Below are positions 24,590 to 37,154 of a stretch of DNA of 64,000 nt, one piece after another. Position numbers and translations under genes: made by a program. Source of the stretch: Octopus vulgaris (lineage: Eukaryota); the NCBI GenBank assembly GCA_951406725.2, contig OX597818.1:10354001-10418000 (forward strand). The letters are read 5' to 3'. Below the pieces are notes generated by a model. The model did not search any database, had not been told where the DNA came from, and saw only the letters and a program-made list of their open reading frames with translations. The first letter of the stretch is position 1, and each line of letters begins with the position of its first letter.

Positions 24590-26100
24590 GCAAATGTGGA
24601 GGTAATACTCTGGATCAATGGCAGACTGCGCTCTAAGTCTGGACATGGAATGAGATAAAGATGCCATAGTATTTCATTTATGCAAGCTTAAAGGCAAAAT
24701 GTGTAAATGGGATAATCATGGTGGTGTCTCACTTCTTTCAATTACAGGTAAAATTCTTCTGAGAGTGATTTTAAATAGAATAAGCATCAACTTAGTCCTA
24801 ACTATGTATCCTGAAGGCCAATGTGGGTTCGGGAGTGGTCAAGGAACAATGGACATGGTATTTAGCTTCCGACAGGTGCAGGAGAATAGATACGACCAAA
24901 CATGAGAACTTGTATTTAATAATAGATCTCACAAAGCTTTCGACTCAGTATCTCGCAAGGCCTGTGGAAGATCATCTTAGTAAATCATGGGTTGCATAAC
25001 GAAATGTTAAATGTGATATCTTTATACGGGGATATGACAGCATTTGTCTTCTCATGTGAAGATCAATCACAATCATTTGAAGTGAGAAATTGTTCAATAC
25101 AAGGGTGTGTTTTGGCAACGGTATTATTATTTGAAATTATGCAAGAGTATGCCTTTTTCATGCTACCGATGGTATAGTGTGGAATATCGCACCACCGGGG
25201 CATCTCCAATTATCAACGTTTTAAGGCTAAAACAAGGGCTTCTTTTCAGATATCTGGGGGTTTGTTCTTCACGGATAACTGCACTGCTTGCCCATTCTCT
25301 TGAAGATATTCAACAGATTGTTAATAAATTTACAGCTGTAGCAGATCCTTTGGCTTGATAATAAGAATTTAAAAAAGGATAGCATTATTTTGGCAGTAAT
25401 CCATAGGTGATACCCAGCGTGATTGTTGAAGCTAAAACTCTTAAAGCAGTCAATATATTCGCATACCTTGGCTCCACTATGACAAATGATGATAAGCTTG
25501 ACAAAGACAGTGAAGCACCTATAGAAAAAGCGAGCATCATCACTTTTGGTAAACTTCAAGAGGCTTTGGAATACTCATGATATCTCAATTAAAACAAAAG
25601 TCAAAATGCATGATCAATTAAAAGGCAAAGTCTTATGTCTCTGGTACTGAAGCTTTCCTGATCAACGTTCAACTGAGGTGGTGTTCCAAATGATTTACGA
25701 GTAAATGATGTGATTCTGAAACAAGTCCTTTGGAGGCAACTTGAAAATACTCAGTTAGAAGTATAAGCCAAATTAAAGGATAAATTATAACGTCTGAACA
25801 ATAACATGCATAGATGGGAGGATGTTGCAAGCAATAAAAAGTACTGTCAAAGCCAATGTTATATAAAACTTCCAAACTCTGAGGCGCAAAGAGCTTTCTT
25901 TCATAACATTTTGCGTGAATAAAGAAAGCTAAGTTACCTAAATTATTATCTTCCAGTGTTTCTTTCAGTGTTTCGTTGATAAAATTGTCATTTTATAGCC
26001 AAGTCAAATGCTGACTCAGTTAGCCACCTTGGTGTCCATGTTACTCAGAATAATGTAAATTTAACTTGTACAAGCCACAATCGTCTTTGTAAAGCATTTG
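24590..26100 (+). pseudogene. Decayed RTE-clade LINE reverse transcriptase
   Basis: DNHGGVSLLSITGKILLRVILNR, YPEGQCGFGSGQGTMDMVFSFRQVQE, KAFDSV, QGCVLA, ALLAHSLEDIQQIVNKF, FAYLGS; many disruptions. Confidence 0.9.
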
Positions 26101-26111
26101 CTGGTCTAAAG

Positions 26112-26154
<43 letters not shown>

Positions 26155-26175
26155 GTTGGTGTGTGTGTGTGTGCG

Positions 26176-26232
<57 letters not shown>

Positions 26233-26516
26233 ATATATATATGCGCAGTCGTCATATAGTAAAAATTAAGTTGTACATAACAATATAATATATAATAAAC
26301 ATAAAAGAAATTAGTTTAACATATTTGTAAGTAGATAACCTGTTCTGCATTTATCTGTTTCTCCTGGACTTATTTCAAGCCCAACAGGTTGTCTTAACCC
26401 GAATAACTCTCGACACGTTTTGATAATATACCCTGAAGAATTATCAATGAATCAAGATCATTCTCGCAGGTACAGTATACGTTAGATGTTTGGTTAATGC
26501 AAATAGTTACATTTAA

Positions 26517-27099
26517 AGTTTTCTACTCTTGGCACAAGGCCCAAAATTTTTGAGGAGGAGATCAGTCGATTCGATCGACCCCAGTACGCAACTGGTACTT
26601 AATTTGCCGACCCGGAAAGGATGAAAGGTAAAGTCGACCTCGGCGGAATTTGAACTCAGAACGTAGCGGCAGACGAAATACCTATTTCTTTACTACCCAC
26701 AAGGTGCTAAACATAGAGAGGACAAACAAGGACAGACAAACGGATTAAGTCGATTATATCGAGCCCAATGCGTAACAGGTACTTATTTAATCGAACCCCG
26801 AAAGGATGAAAGCAAAGTCGACCTCGGCGGAATTTGAACTCACAACGTTGCAACAGACGAAATACCTATTTCTTTATTACCCACAAGGGGCTAAACATAG
26901 AGAGGACAAACAAGGACAGACATAGGAATTAAGTCGATTACATCGACCCCAGTGCATAACTGGTACTTAATTTATCGACCCCGAAAGGATGAAAGGCAAA
27001 GTCGACCTCGGCGGAATTTGAACTCACAACGTAACGGCAGACGAAATACGGCTACGCATTTCGCCCAGCGTGCTAACGTTTCTGCCAGCTCGCCGCCTG
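26517..27099 (-). mobile_element. Family B SINE with three tandem bodies (184-bp period)
   Basis: gacgaaata at 26672, 26856 and 27040; one head; 14-bp TSD atagttacatttaa at 26503-26516 and 27100-27113. Confidence 0.9.
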
Positions 27100-27226
27100 A
27101 TAGTTACATTTAATGTGAGAGAAAAGAATGTATAATTTCAGTGGGGTGAAAGCTCGGTAACACAAACCATGAAAACACAAACCATGAGACCCCTCATGCT
27201 TGTGAAGCGAACTTACTTGAGTAATA

Positions 27227-27443
27227 AAGGGAAAGTTTACGAAAATAAACAAAAGACGAAGGCAGGTGGAGTACAAACAAACAAATGTATTAGTATAGCG
27301 GTCAGGAATAGAAAAAGTCTTTTACGTCTCGAGCCTACGCTCTTCGAGAGAAACATACATAGAAGAAAACAAGGAGAGAAAGAATGAGAGAAAAAAAAGG
27401 AGAGAAAAATGCGTGTAGGAGCTAACGAACTATCATGGCGATA
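27227..27443 (-). mobile_element. Short retroposed element with 14-bp TSD and a variant hammerhead-like motif
   Basis: TSD ttacttgagtaata at 27213-27226 and 27444-27457; minus-strand UCGAAGAGCGUAGGCUCGAGACGUA near 27318-27353. Confidence 0.6.
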
Positions 27444-27474
27444 TTACTTGAGTAATATCCTTCTTTATAACCTC

Positions 27475-27690
27475 AGATTAGCTAGCTGGCACGATCGTAA
27501 GCACGCCAGGCAAATTGCTTAACGGCATTACGTCCGTCTTTACACTCTGAGTTCAAATTCCACCGAGGTCGAGTTTGCCTTGCATTCCTTTCTGGGTTGA
27601 TAAAATAAGTACCAGTTGAGTACTGGGGTCCTATCGACTTACCCACCTTCCCCGAAATTATTGGCCTTGAGCAAAAATTTGATGTCAATG
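27475..27690 (+). mobile_element. SINE family B
   Basis: agctggcacgatcgtaagcacgcc..gagttcaaattcc..aagtaccagttgagtactgggg. Confidence 0.85.
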
Positions 27691-27991
27691 TTTTTTATAA
27701 CCTCGGGTCGACCTTTACATTGTAAGTGAAAGTGGATGGACAGAAACTCTGAAGATTCTCGTCACATGTATTGAACCCACTTGAGAATTACGTTAAGGGT
27801 ACACGTGTCGGGGGGGGAGGCATATTCTGCTACTTCTGTGAGTAGGTCGTCTAGTTAATCGAACGACTGGGTGCTCGTATGTCACTTTCGATGGGAAAGG
27901 CTAATATGCATACACACACACATGCACACACACACACACACTCATACACACACATACACACACACACCCACACATATACATACATGCATAC

Positions 27992-28045
<54 letters not shown>

Positions 28046-28547
28046 GTGAATGCATCATATTGAAACATGCATTTACACCTATGTACTTGAATATTTATAT
28101 ATGCTCTTACAGATATCTTTGTGCTTGCATGTGTATGTGCGTGTCTGTGAGTGTGTGTGTACGTTTGTACGTGTGTGTGTTTGAGTGTGTTTGTATATAT
28201 GTGTGTGTGTATTGTGTGTATGTGTTTGCGCATGTGTGTATTGTAAGTGTGTGTGTGTGTGTGTGTGTGTAGTTGGATATGGATGTACAGTACAATATAC
28301 CGTTGTATGGAGACACTACGATATGTGAAATCTTCCTCTGCCAAATAAAAAGCAATCATCTTAGGAGCCAGGCACAGATGTAATGAAAGAAGAAGTGTGG
28401 AAGAAAACGTCTATTTATCTATTTATTTATTACCCACTCTCATGAAGTATGAGGGATGCTTCGTCCATTAGTCAGTCAGTCAGTCAACTTGGCTATTGTT
28501 GTTGCAGAGCAAATGGGACACCACAAGAGAGTTTTGCAGCATCGAAC

Positions 28548-28588
<41 letters not shown>

Positions 28589-28869
28589 ACACGTGCGTGT
28601 GCGCGCGTCTGACGTCACCTAGTTGGTCATAGAATCTATTATTCCTGCTTCCTGTTTCACTAACTGGCGTGACGTCTTCCTTTCTGTTGTTAACATTGAA
28701 ATTGTTTCCGTTCCGTTCTTCTCTTCGTTGATACTGCTGCCAATATTGTAGTTGTTGTTCTTACATAGTTACTCTATGGCTGCTGTTGTTGTCGTTACTG
28801 TTGTTGTTGTTCGAATATCCTTTGGAGACTCATGCAACAATGATTATCTTAGATAATAGCCAAAAGGCA

Positions 28870-29070
28870 CCACTAGTGAAGCATCTACGCAATCACTCGA
28901 TCTGCTAAAGGTGACAATGAAATCTCCCTCAAATCATCATCCTTCTTTTGAAAAAAGATACATTGGACAGTGTTAGACATAAATAAACAGAATGTCGAGA
29001 TGGTCACGGCTAGAATGCCTTTGATTGTAGAGTTACTTTATCAAGTTTGATCGAGGGCCAAATATCAACG
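28870..29070 (+). repeat. Dispersed repeat family D
   Basis: aaatctccctcaaatca..acattggaca..gatggtcacggctagaatgcctttgat. Confidence 0.6.
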
Positions 29071-29803
29071 TCTATAAGTGAAAAGAAAACGGAAATTACA
29101 TTTTCAAGTGTACAATTGAGCCTGTCAACAGACGTGTATACGATAATTACTTATATCCACAATTGTAATTTCAAACCTTTAGATGTGTGGTAATCACTAA
29201 TATCGTGGTTCACCAATGTTATCCAATCGGCAAACCATAAAACTGCTTTTTCCAACATCGAACCGGTAGTCACCTTAAATCAGTTATTCGCAAAGGATAC
29301 ACTGCGGCGCACTTAGGCTCCACAAAGATAACCAAGTACATGTTTTATGGCTTTAGAAAATCTACTCTTTTGTTTGTGTGTCCTGAAAAACATCTTATTT
29401 ATATATTCTTATTATATACAAGTATTATTAGCAAAAACAAGTTAAGCAGTGTTTTCTTCTTCTTTTCTTTTTCTTTTTCATAAATCTTTCACATGACAGA
29501 ATTTTTTTTTCCTTTTTCTACACAAAATGCGTCAGTAATTTTTTTATGTTTTTTAGTCCCAAGTTTGCCATCATGTCAAAAATAGTGAAAATTGTTAGTT
29601 TACATCCTCGGCATAATTTTTAAAGCTTGGTTAATTTTGTGTTGCATTGTCCGTATACATGTGCGTGTGTGTGTGTGTGTGTGTGTGTTTTATATTAATT
29701 GGTGCGTTAAAATGAACGCAATGATTTAAAATATATACGTGAAACGAAACATGCTGATAGAATCCATTTTGCAAAAGTAACATTGTATATTTATTTATTT
29801 ATT

Positions 29804-29859
<56 letters not shown>

Positions 29860-30134
29860 TGTGTGTTTGTGCACCGCAAAGTCAAAACGCTTGAGAAAAA
29901 CTGTCTGGAATAGTCCTCACCACGTGCAAGCATACAAAACGCATGTTATGCCGCGACGACATTAGCATAACAATTATGTCACAGACTGAGTAGAATGACA
30001 GTGTGCAGGTGGTGACCGTCTACATTTACATATAAATAATAGAACTATTATACTTCTAACATCAAGATCCTGTCGTTTACCAACGTACTGACTTGCTGGC
30101 AATAGAGACTCTGTTTTTCGATATAATATAAATA

Positions 30135-31125
30135 ACATGGCTCGGTGGTAAGAGCGTCGGGCTCACAATCATGAGGTGGTGCATTCGATTCCAGCATCGG
30201 TGGTGTGGAGAGGGGAGGCTGGTATACATAGGCGACTGTTGGTCTTCCACCTTTTGACCGACAGATTTAAAAAATAATTTCTTGTAACTAAACACTTTCA
30301 AACTTCATATACTTGTAGAATGTGTCACATAAAACATCTTTTACTGTTGGCGTTGTTGAGAAAATTCTGTATTTTGGAAGTTATTTCTTGTTAAAGTTGT
30401 AATATTTCGGTAATTTCAACCAATCAATGACGTGTATTCAGCTGAATAAAATTACTGCCGTTGTTTGTCAACAACAACTATCGGCGACGTATATTTCGCT
30501 TGTCACTGTTATTCGTGACATCGTTCGTGCGTTTGTACTGGTTTCAGCTTTAAGGTTTTACGGTTAGGGTTAGGGTTTTAGGATTAGGGCTAAGGTTTTA
30601 GGATTAGGGTTCTAGGATTAGGATTAGGGATAGGGTTGGGGTTTTAGGGCTAGAGTTACGGAAAAAAATAAAAAATAAAGCACGAACGATTATAGTGGTG
30701 CCATGAAGTAAACATGCTTCAGATACACTCGTTTATTCATACAAACGTAACTGAGATGAAATATGTCATAAATAACAGTGACAAACGAAATATACACCGC
30801 CAGAAGTTATTGTTGACAAACAACAGCAGTAATTTTACTCAGCTGAATATACGTCATTGATTGGGTAAAATTACCGAAATACGACAACTTTAACAAGAAA
30901 TGACTTCCAAAATACAGAATTTTCTCAACAACGCCAAGAGTAAAAAATGTTTTATGTGACACATTCTACCAGTATACGAAGTTTGAAAGTGTTTAGTTAG
31001 AAAAAATTATTTTTAACATCTGTCGGTCAAAAGGTAAAGATCCAACAACTCTGCCCGGATTTGTGCCTTGGAGAACTTTCTAGGTGCAATCCCACGGCCA
31101 TTCATGATTAATGAGTGTCTTTACC
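30135..31125 (+). mobile_element. SINE family C split by a foldback element
   Basis: ..ggcgactgttggtcttcca | aacaactctgcccgg..gaactttctaggtgcaatccc is collinear with the copy at 11051. Confidence 0.8.
30241..31043. mobile_element. Foldback/MITE-like DNA element with about 270-bp inverted arms and a degenerate (TTAGGG)n core
   Basis: 30249-30520 is the reverse complement of about 30765-31035; ggttagggttaggg..gattaggg at about 30561-30655. Confidence 0.85.
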
Positions 31126-31617
31126 TTTGTTATAAACGACAGTCAGGAACATTTTTTCTATCCTTAATCAATAGAAAAAAGACAGTAGCGTGTAGCTGTA
31201 ACCCTGACAAAGCTTCTGAGAGTGGTCAGAGGGATCGAAGATGTTACCCTCAAACCGGAGATGGGACTCAGATGCTTACAGCGAAGTTGACTTCATTCAA
31301 GGTCACCAGTCGCTGCGTGGTCACGTTTAACTGGGCGTTGGATTGAGTGCGGCGGTATTTGAACTCAGAACGTAATGAACCAAAATAAATACCGCAAGTT
31401 CAAACCGCCCGACACTTACAATTCTACCAATCCACCGCCCTGAAGTGCTATAAAGATATCGACTTCTGAAGAATGAAAAGCCAAGTTTAGCTAGTTTGGA
31501 TTTGAACTCAGAAAGCAAGAAGCCATAATAAACAGAGCCAAGCATACCATGCGATAGTGTAACGACTGTCAATTCAACACCAAAACCGTGTTTTAAGAAA
31601 GCACACATAGAATATTG

Positions 31618-31824
31618 ATTTCAAATTTTGGCACAAGTTCGGGTAAGGCGGCAAGTCGTTTATATCGATCCCAGTATTCAATTGATACCTATTTCATCAA
31701 CTCCGAAAGGGTAAAATGGTGAAGTCAACTACGGCAGAATTCGAACTCAGAATGTAAAGACGGACGAAATGCCGCAAAGCATTTTGCCAGCATCCTACGA
31801 TTCCGTCAGCTTGCCGCCTTAAAT
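31618..31824 (-). mobile_element. SINE family B with 16-bp TSD
   Basis: cacacatagaatattg at 31602-31617 and 31825-31840. Confidence 0.85.
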
Positions 31825-32529
31825 CACACATAGAATATTGTAGGTCGGTGAAAACGTCTCCCGAAATGATTGTGATCATATAGCTACCCACTCAAAATCA
31901 CTCAAAAGCTGACCCAGGGTAAAACAACATTTGCAATTTCAGTCTTCATCAGTACCGATCCACATTAGTGCGTACCTTAAGTACTGTACGAGAGTACTCT
32001 GACTACTCATGTACATAAACAAAGATTATAGATACATAGATATGACTAAAACTTATAACAGATACCAATCCAAAGAGGGAGACATTGCACTGCAACTCGA
32101 ATACAGCAGCTAAATATCCCTCAATCTCGTATTTACAAAAAGAAGACGTTTTGATAAAGTGGTCCTGAATATATACTGCCTAAAAAAATGAAATAGTCAT
32201 GGCTGGAGCGCCTTTGTTATACGTCTTGCTCAATTTCTTCGGATGTGGATGCAACTAAACAACAATAAGTAGAACGATAAAGGAGCCTGCAAGAAATAGC
32301 AGTCAAAGTCACACTCAAATTTAACTCTGACATCTTAAAAATAGAATATATTCTACTACTACTACTACCGTTGCTGAGGCTCTGCAGCTCTAAAGATTCT
32401 ATCACCTTCGTCTTATACTACATCTTGTGCTCTACTGAAATATTAAACTTGCTATTTCTGCAGAGAGACAGAGATACAACTGCTGTATCTTAAGCATATT
32501 TTGCTTATCTACATCGAATCTTGAAACCA

Positions 32530-33060
32530 TCTAGCCTCACATTGGTTCCCATGAAAACTTAACAATGTTGAAAATAATAAACTGGGATGGTAGGTCGTGT
32601 TTCACGATCCAGTGGTCATGTAAAGAAGGCTCTTCAAAAAAGAATCTGGAAAGGAGACGGATAGAGGAAAAAAGAAGTTGGACAAACATCATAAAGGGAT
32701 GACTGGCTAATTCTTAGCTGAAACCCAAGCTCTGAACCACACCCCTGATAGATTGGTGCACCACGTGGCCTTTGGGGGTTCATATAAGATTTTGTTGTTA
32801 AAATTATCTGTAATAAATTACCTATATACTTCTATAGTACACAAAATATTTTAATAATTATTTTCATAAAATTCCTAATATAATTTGTTTATAAAGATAT
32901 ATGATTTTTTTTAAACATCGAATGGCTAGGAGGGTCCATACGACTAAAATAGAATTAAAGGGGCTTATAGATAATAAAAAAAAAAGAGAGAAATGGTCAA
33001 GAAACACTGCTGGTGAACAGGATGTGACAACGATGCTTCTACAACTCCATTAGAAGATGG
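32530..33060 (+). mobile_element. Highly decayed RTE-type LINE 3' end with a probable hAT-like MITE remnant inside (about 32755-33010)
   Basis: Fragments resembling KLRW.GHV.R / KK.W..NIK.WTG...AETQAL; the insert ends in aaatggtcaagaaacactg. Confidence 0.4.
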
Positions 33061-33504
33061 TAACTCAAACAAACGAGCAAGCTAGCTACTTAAGCTCACA
33101 GCATATGACTCGCACGCCTCTTCTTGTTATTCCTTCTATCTCAGCACCAAAATTCTGCATCAAACTACTTTTCCCTAATACTGCCTCTCCCGCTATCAAT
33201 GCCACATTTCTCTGATTGCCGTACAACACATCAGTCAGTCTGAAATGTTAATTCCAACGATATAGCACGTGTTTATCTGAGAAGTGACCAGCGCTCAAAT
33301 TTTCTCCATTTCTGAAGAATAAAATGTAGTGATTGGTTCTCCACGACCATTCTCACATTGCAACGTTGCTGGTCAGAAAGAAGTCAGAGACAAAGGAGGA
33401 GAGAGAGAGGAGAGACTGACAGACAGAAACTGAGATGGAAAAAGAGAGAGAGAAAAAGAGAGGGGGAGAGAAAGAGAGAATGAAAGAGAAAAGAAGAAAC
33501 GACT

Positions 33505-34056
33505 CCATCACTTGACTGGTACTTTATCCATTAGTACTGGAAGAATGAACGGCAAATTTGACCTTGATCGGATTTGAACTCTAAACGCAAGAGACCACAA
33601 GACGTTTGACCCAACGTTCTTATGATGTCTGCTCACTGCTACAAACATCATACTAGTAAGTTTGATTTCTAAGGCACACAACCACAAAGTAAATTGGTGG
33701 GGAATGTGCTCACTCAATTTCATCGACCCCTAGTTATTAAGGCACTTAGTGTATAAAGCCACGAATGGATGAAATGCAAGAAATTGGGCTAAGAGATGTT
33801 ACTAGACACTGGAAAGCATTTTCGCCCCATACCTTCAAATTAAATATGGGTTTCAAACTTTTGGCACAAGACTTCCAAATTCGATGTTGGGATTAAGTCG
33901 ATTACATCGACCCCAGTGCTCAGTTGGTGCTTATTTTATCGACCCTGAAAGAACAAAAAGCAAAGTCGACGTTGGAGGAATTTGAACTCAGATCATAAAG
34001 ACGAACAAAATGCTGCTAAACAATTTGCCCGGTCTGCTAACGATTCTGCCAGCTCA
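33505..34056 (-). mobile_element. Cluster of three family B SINEs of differing decay
   Basis: Repeated actggtactt/atcgacccc/gaatttgaactc motifs; best copy at 33845-34056. Confidence 0.7.
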
Positions 34057-34661
34057 GATTAAGTACTAAAAAGATTAAGTATTAAAAAAGAACATTGTTT
34101 CGTAGAATGCAGTGACTCTTGGTACATTTCTGTTAATTATTTTTACTCCATATCTCCCAACTCCTCTACCGTCCTCGCTTTATTGATGGAAAGCCAGATA
34201 TCAAAGTAGACATATTAATTTGAACTCAGATCAATTAGCTGCCAAACTTGATACAGTGAAATTATCTCAGTGAACCTATCATAGTCGCAAATAACCTATA
34301 GGTTGGGCGAGGGAGTGAGTTAGAATATTGTAGGCTTCATGATTCCCCAGGAGAAAAGTATTAGAAATGAAATAGAAGTGAAATGTATATTTATACCAGT
34401 AATTGAAACTGTGTCTCGTAAGTAGCTTTCTACTGTTCATTTTCTCAGGATAACAACTTCTGTTTTACTTAATGGCCCGTCCCAGCCAGAAACTCGAAGC
34501 TGTAAGAACTATAGAGACTGCATTGCTGTGTGTGTGCGTGTGTGTGCGTGCGTGTGTGCGTGTGTGTGTGCATGTGTGTGTGTGCGCGCGCGTGTGTGCG
34601 TCTGTGTGTATGTGTGTATGTGTGTGTGTGTGTGTGCGTGAGTGTGTGTGTGCGTGTGTGT

Positions 34662-34697
<36 letters not shown>

Positions 34698-36304
34698 TAT
34701 TCATAGCCTTAATTTTTCTTTTCTTCCTTGCGATGTCAACCCAGATAACTTCATATTGAACATTAACCACATTAATTGCATCGGCCGAGGAAGACTGCAT
34801 AAAACTATTATCTAAATCATCGTATTTTTTTAGAGTTATCTAGAACTATATTATTCCTTGTCCTTTCTTGTTAAAACCCTGGGGTTTGAACTGAAGTAGA
34901 TTTGCCGGAGTATTTTTACAAGGTCCAGTGAAGAACGTAATGGTTTTTTCTTGTTATGAGTTCTGCTTTTCTTCGTCAGCTTCACTTCTGCGCTAAATAT
35001 GTTTCCTGCTTCCTTTTCGCCATTGTCAGCAACAACCAATAAAAGTCAGATACGAAATCAAACTCAATGTTAAGGAGATTCATAATGCATAATGCTGATC
35101 TTTAGACAGTCACGTGTCTTGTTGCAACGTTGGTATGTCAGACAAAATATTTTTACATTTCTTTTTATTTAACAAATCAACTGTCGTGACTTGTCTCCAC
35201 TTTGAAGAAGTAAATAAACGAATGCGTGGGGAGGGATATCACTGAATTTTATTGAATATCATTGATAAAACTTAAATCAATTATGTCAGACTTTTAACGT
35301 GACACATCGCACAGCATGTTGCACAGTCTGGTGATGACATATTGGTATAGAGCTAAGTTTAAAATATTGTTGCGGAGAATATAGCGGAAGTTAACAGAAT
35401 CGCCTACTAAGTCACAATTACTAAAACTGTCATGACAGACCAAAGGAAAAGAAATACAAAAACAAAAGCTAAAAGGAAGGAAACAAGAAATTTTTTTTTT
35501 AAATTGATGTCTTTTAAAAACAAAACCAAATGAAATATATAAAAACTAAATAACTTGACTTTTCCGAAAGGGATTTTATCAGCATGTTCTGTTCATGTAT
35601 AGATGTATGACTGAGTTCCTTTTTACGCTATGGTTAAATATGATGTTTATATACATGTATATCGTTTTAATGTTTATATATATATATGTCTGTATTTACA
35701 CATACGCGCGCGCACATACACACACACTCACACACACACACACACACACAGTCACACACTCACACACACACACACACAAACGCACGCACATATACAGTCT
35801 TATAAAAATTTATTTTATGTACAATCGTACATAAAAACAGTCAAACTATAATTGAATGATCACTGAATAATTGTAAGCAGAGTATCAAATTTATTTTGCA
35901 AGGAAGATTTTGATGTTGACTTGGTGATGTTTTGCCAATCAAATTGTCTGACGAGCTCATGAAAACGAAGTTGAATAGAAAAAAGTATATAGATAAGATG
36001 TTGGAAACCACTTTGCCAAGCAACTGCCACCATAGCTCAAAGAAGATTAATCTTGTTATATATTTTCCTTTTTATTCATACTATGATTACTGAGAGGTCG
36101 CCTAGTTTGTATTATTGTAATTGTTGTGGATGGTGGTATTATTATAATTTTAACTCGTACGTTTATGCTTACGTTCCCAAGAACCCGACAACTTGATTGG
36201 CTGAATGAAGTGAACATCGTTTACCCAGATTATTCAGAAGAATCCAACAGGAATTAATCGCATTCCGCCTTGATGAAGCACCCGCACACGGTTATTACTG
36301 AGCA

Positions 36305-36633
36305 GCATTCAGATGTATAGTTCTGTATTCAAGAGATGAGGAATTATGTGCATTATTTACATTTAACGGATATACCCACGGGCATATGGCATAATGGTTA
36401 AGAGCGCGAGCTACTAACCCCAAGATTCCGAGTTCGATTCCAGGCAGTAACCTGAATAATAATAATTATTATTAAAATAATAATAACATCGAAAAATACC
36501 TTAGGAATGAGAACCCCGGTTCGAAATTTTCCCCAAGACACCTGATGAAGGCTAGTGGGTATATCAGCCGAAACGTTAACAACAAACAAGATGTGGACAA
36601 ATATCCGTCGAATGTAAATAATGTAAATAATTC
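36305..36633 (+). mobile_element. tRNA-headed short element with hammerhead core and inverted tail copy (Penelope-like architecture)
   Basis: A box tggcataatgg 36387-36397; B box gagttcgattcc 36430-36441; CUGAUGA-AGGCU..AGCC-GAAACGUU 36542-36577; 36341-36373 inverted at 36601-36633. Confidence 0.7.
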
Positions 36634-36789
36634 AAATGTATGATAATTATAAAGAATGTTTTATAGTGATCTTTGAATATAAACTCAGCTGGTGTGCGAT
36701 GTGGAAACATATGTTGGGATCTGCTATTAAAGACTCTTATCCTCCATCCACGTGTTATATTATCCTTACAAATATACATATACATATTT

Positions 36790-37078
36790 TAGTTGTTTCA
36801 GTCACTGGATTTGCGGGCATTCTGGGGCACAGCCTCGAAAAGTTTTAGTCAAACCGATCGACACTGGCACTTAATCTTTAAGTTTCGTACTTATTCCATC
36901 GGTCTGTTTGCAGAACTAATAACTTATGGGGACATAAGTACAACATCAGCGATGGTCTGAGGCGATAGTAGAAGATACTCTCCCAAGGCTCCACGCACTG
37001 GAGTTGAACGTGGAACCATATAGTTAGAAAGCAACATTCCTACAACACAGTCAGATCTGAACTTTCACACAGCCACTC

Positions 37079-37080
<2 letters not shown>
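36790..37080 (-). mobile_element. SINE family A (internally deleted)
   Basis: ttgtttcagtcactgga..atagtagaagatact..cacacagccactc. Confidence 0.75.

Positions 37081-37151
<71 letters not shown>

Positions 37152-37154
<3 letters not shown>

Noticed and set aside
26517-27099. Regularly spaced repeats as a possible CRISPR array
   Set aside because: Units are 184-bp SINE bodies with near-identical spacers; eukaryotic context with no cas genes.
30561-30655. True telomere or chromosome-fusion scar
   Set aside because: Short, degenerate, single orientation and enclosed in the arms of a mobile element.
35330-35440. C/D snoRNA (TGATGA box)
   Set aside because: No properly placed CTGA D box or terminal stem.
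35944-35980. Hammerhead at ctgacgagctcatgaaaacgaag
   Set aside because: No convincing stem II, GAAA box or stems I and III.
36380-36450. Functional tRNA gene
   Set aside because: A and B boxes are present, but the anticodon and acceptor stems pair poorly and the sequence runs into a repeat tail; treated as a tRNA-derived head.
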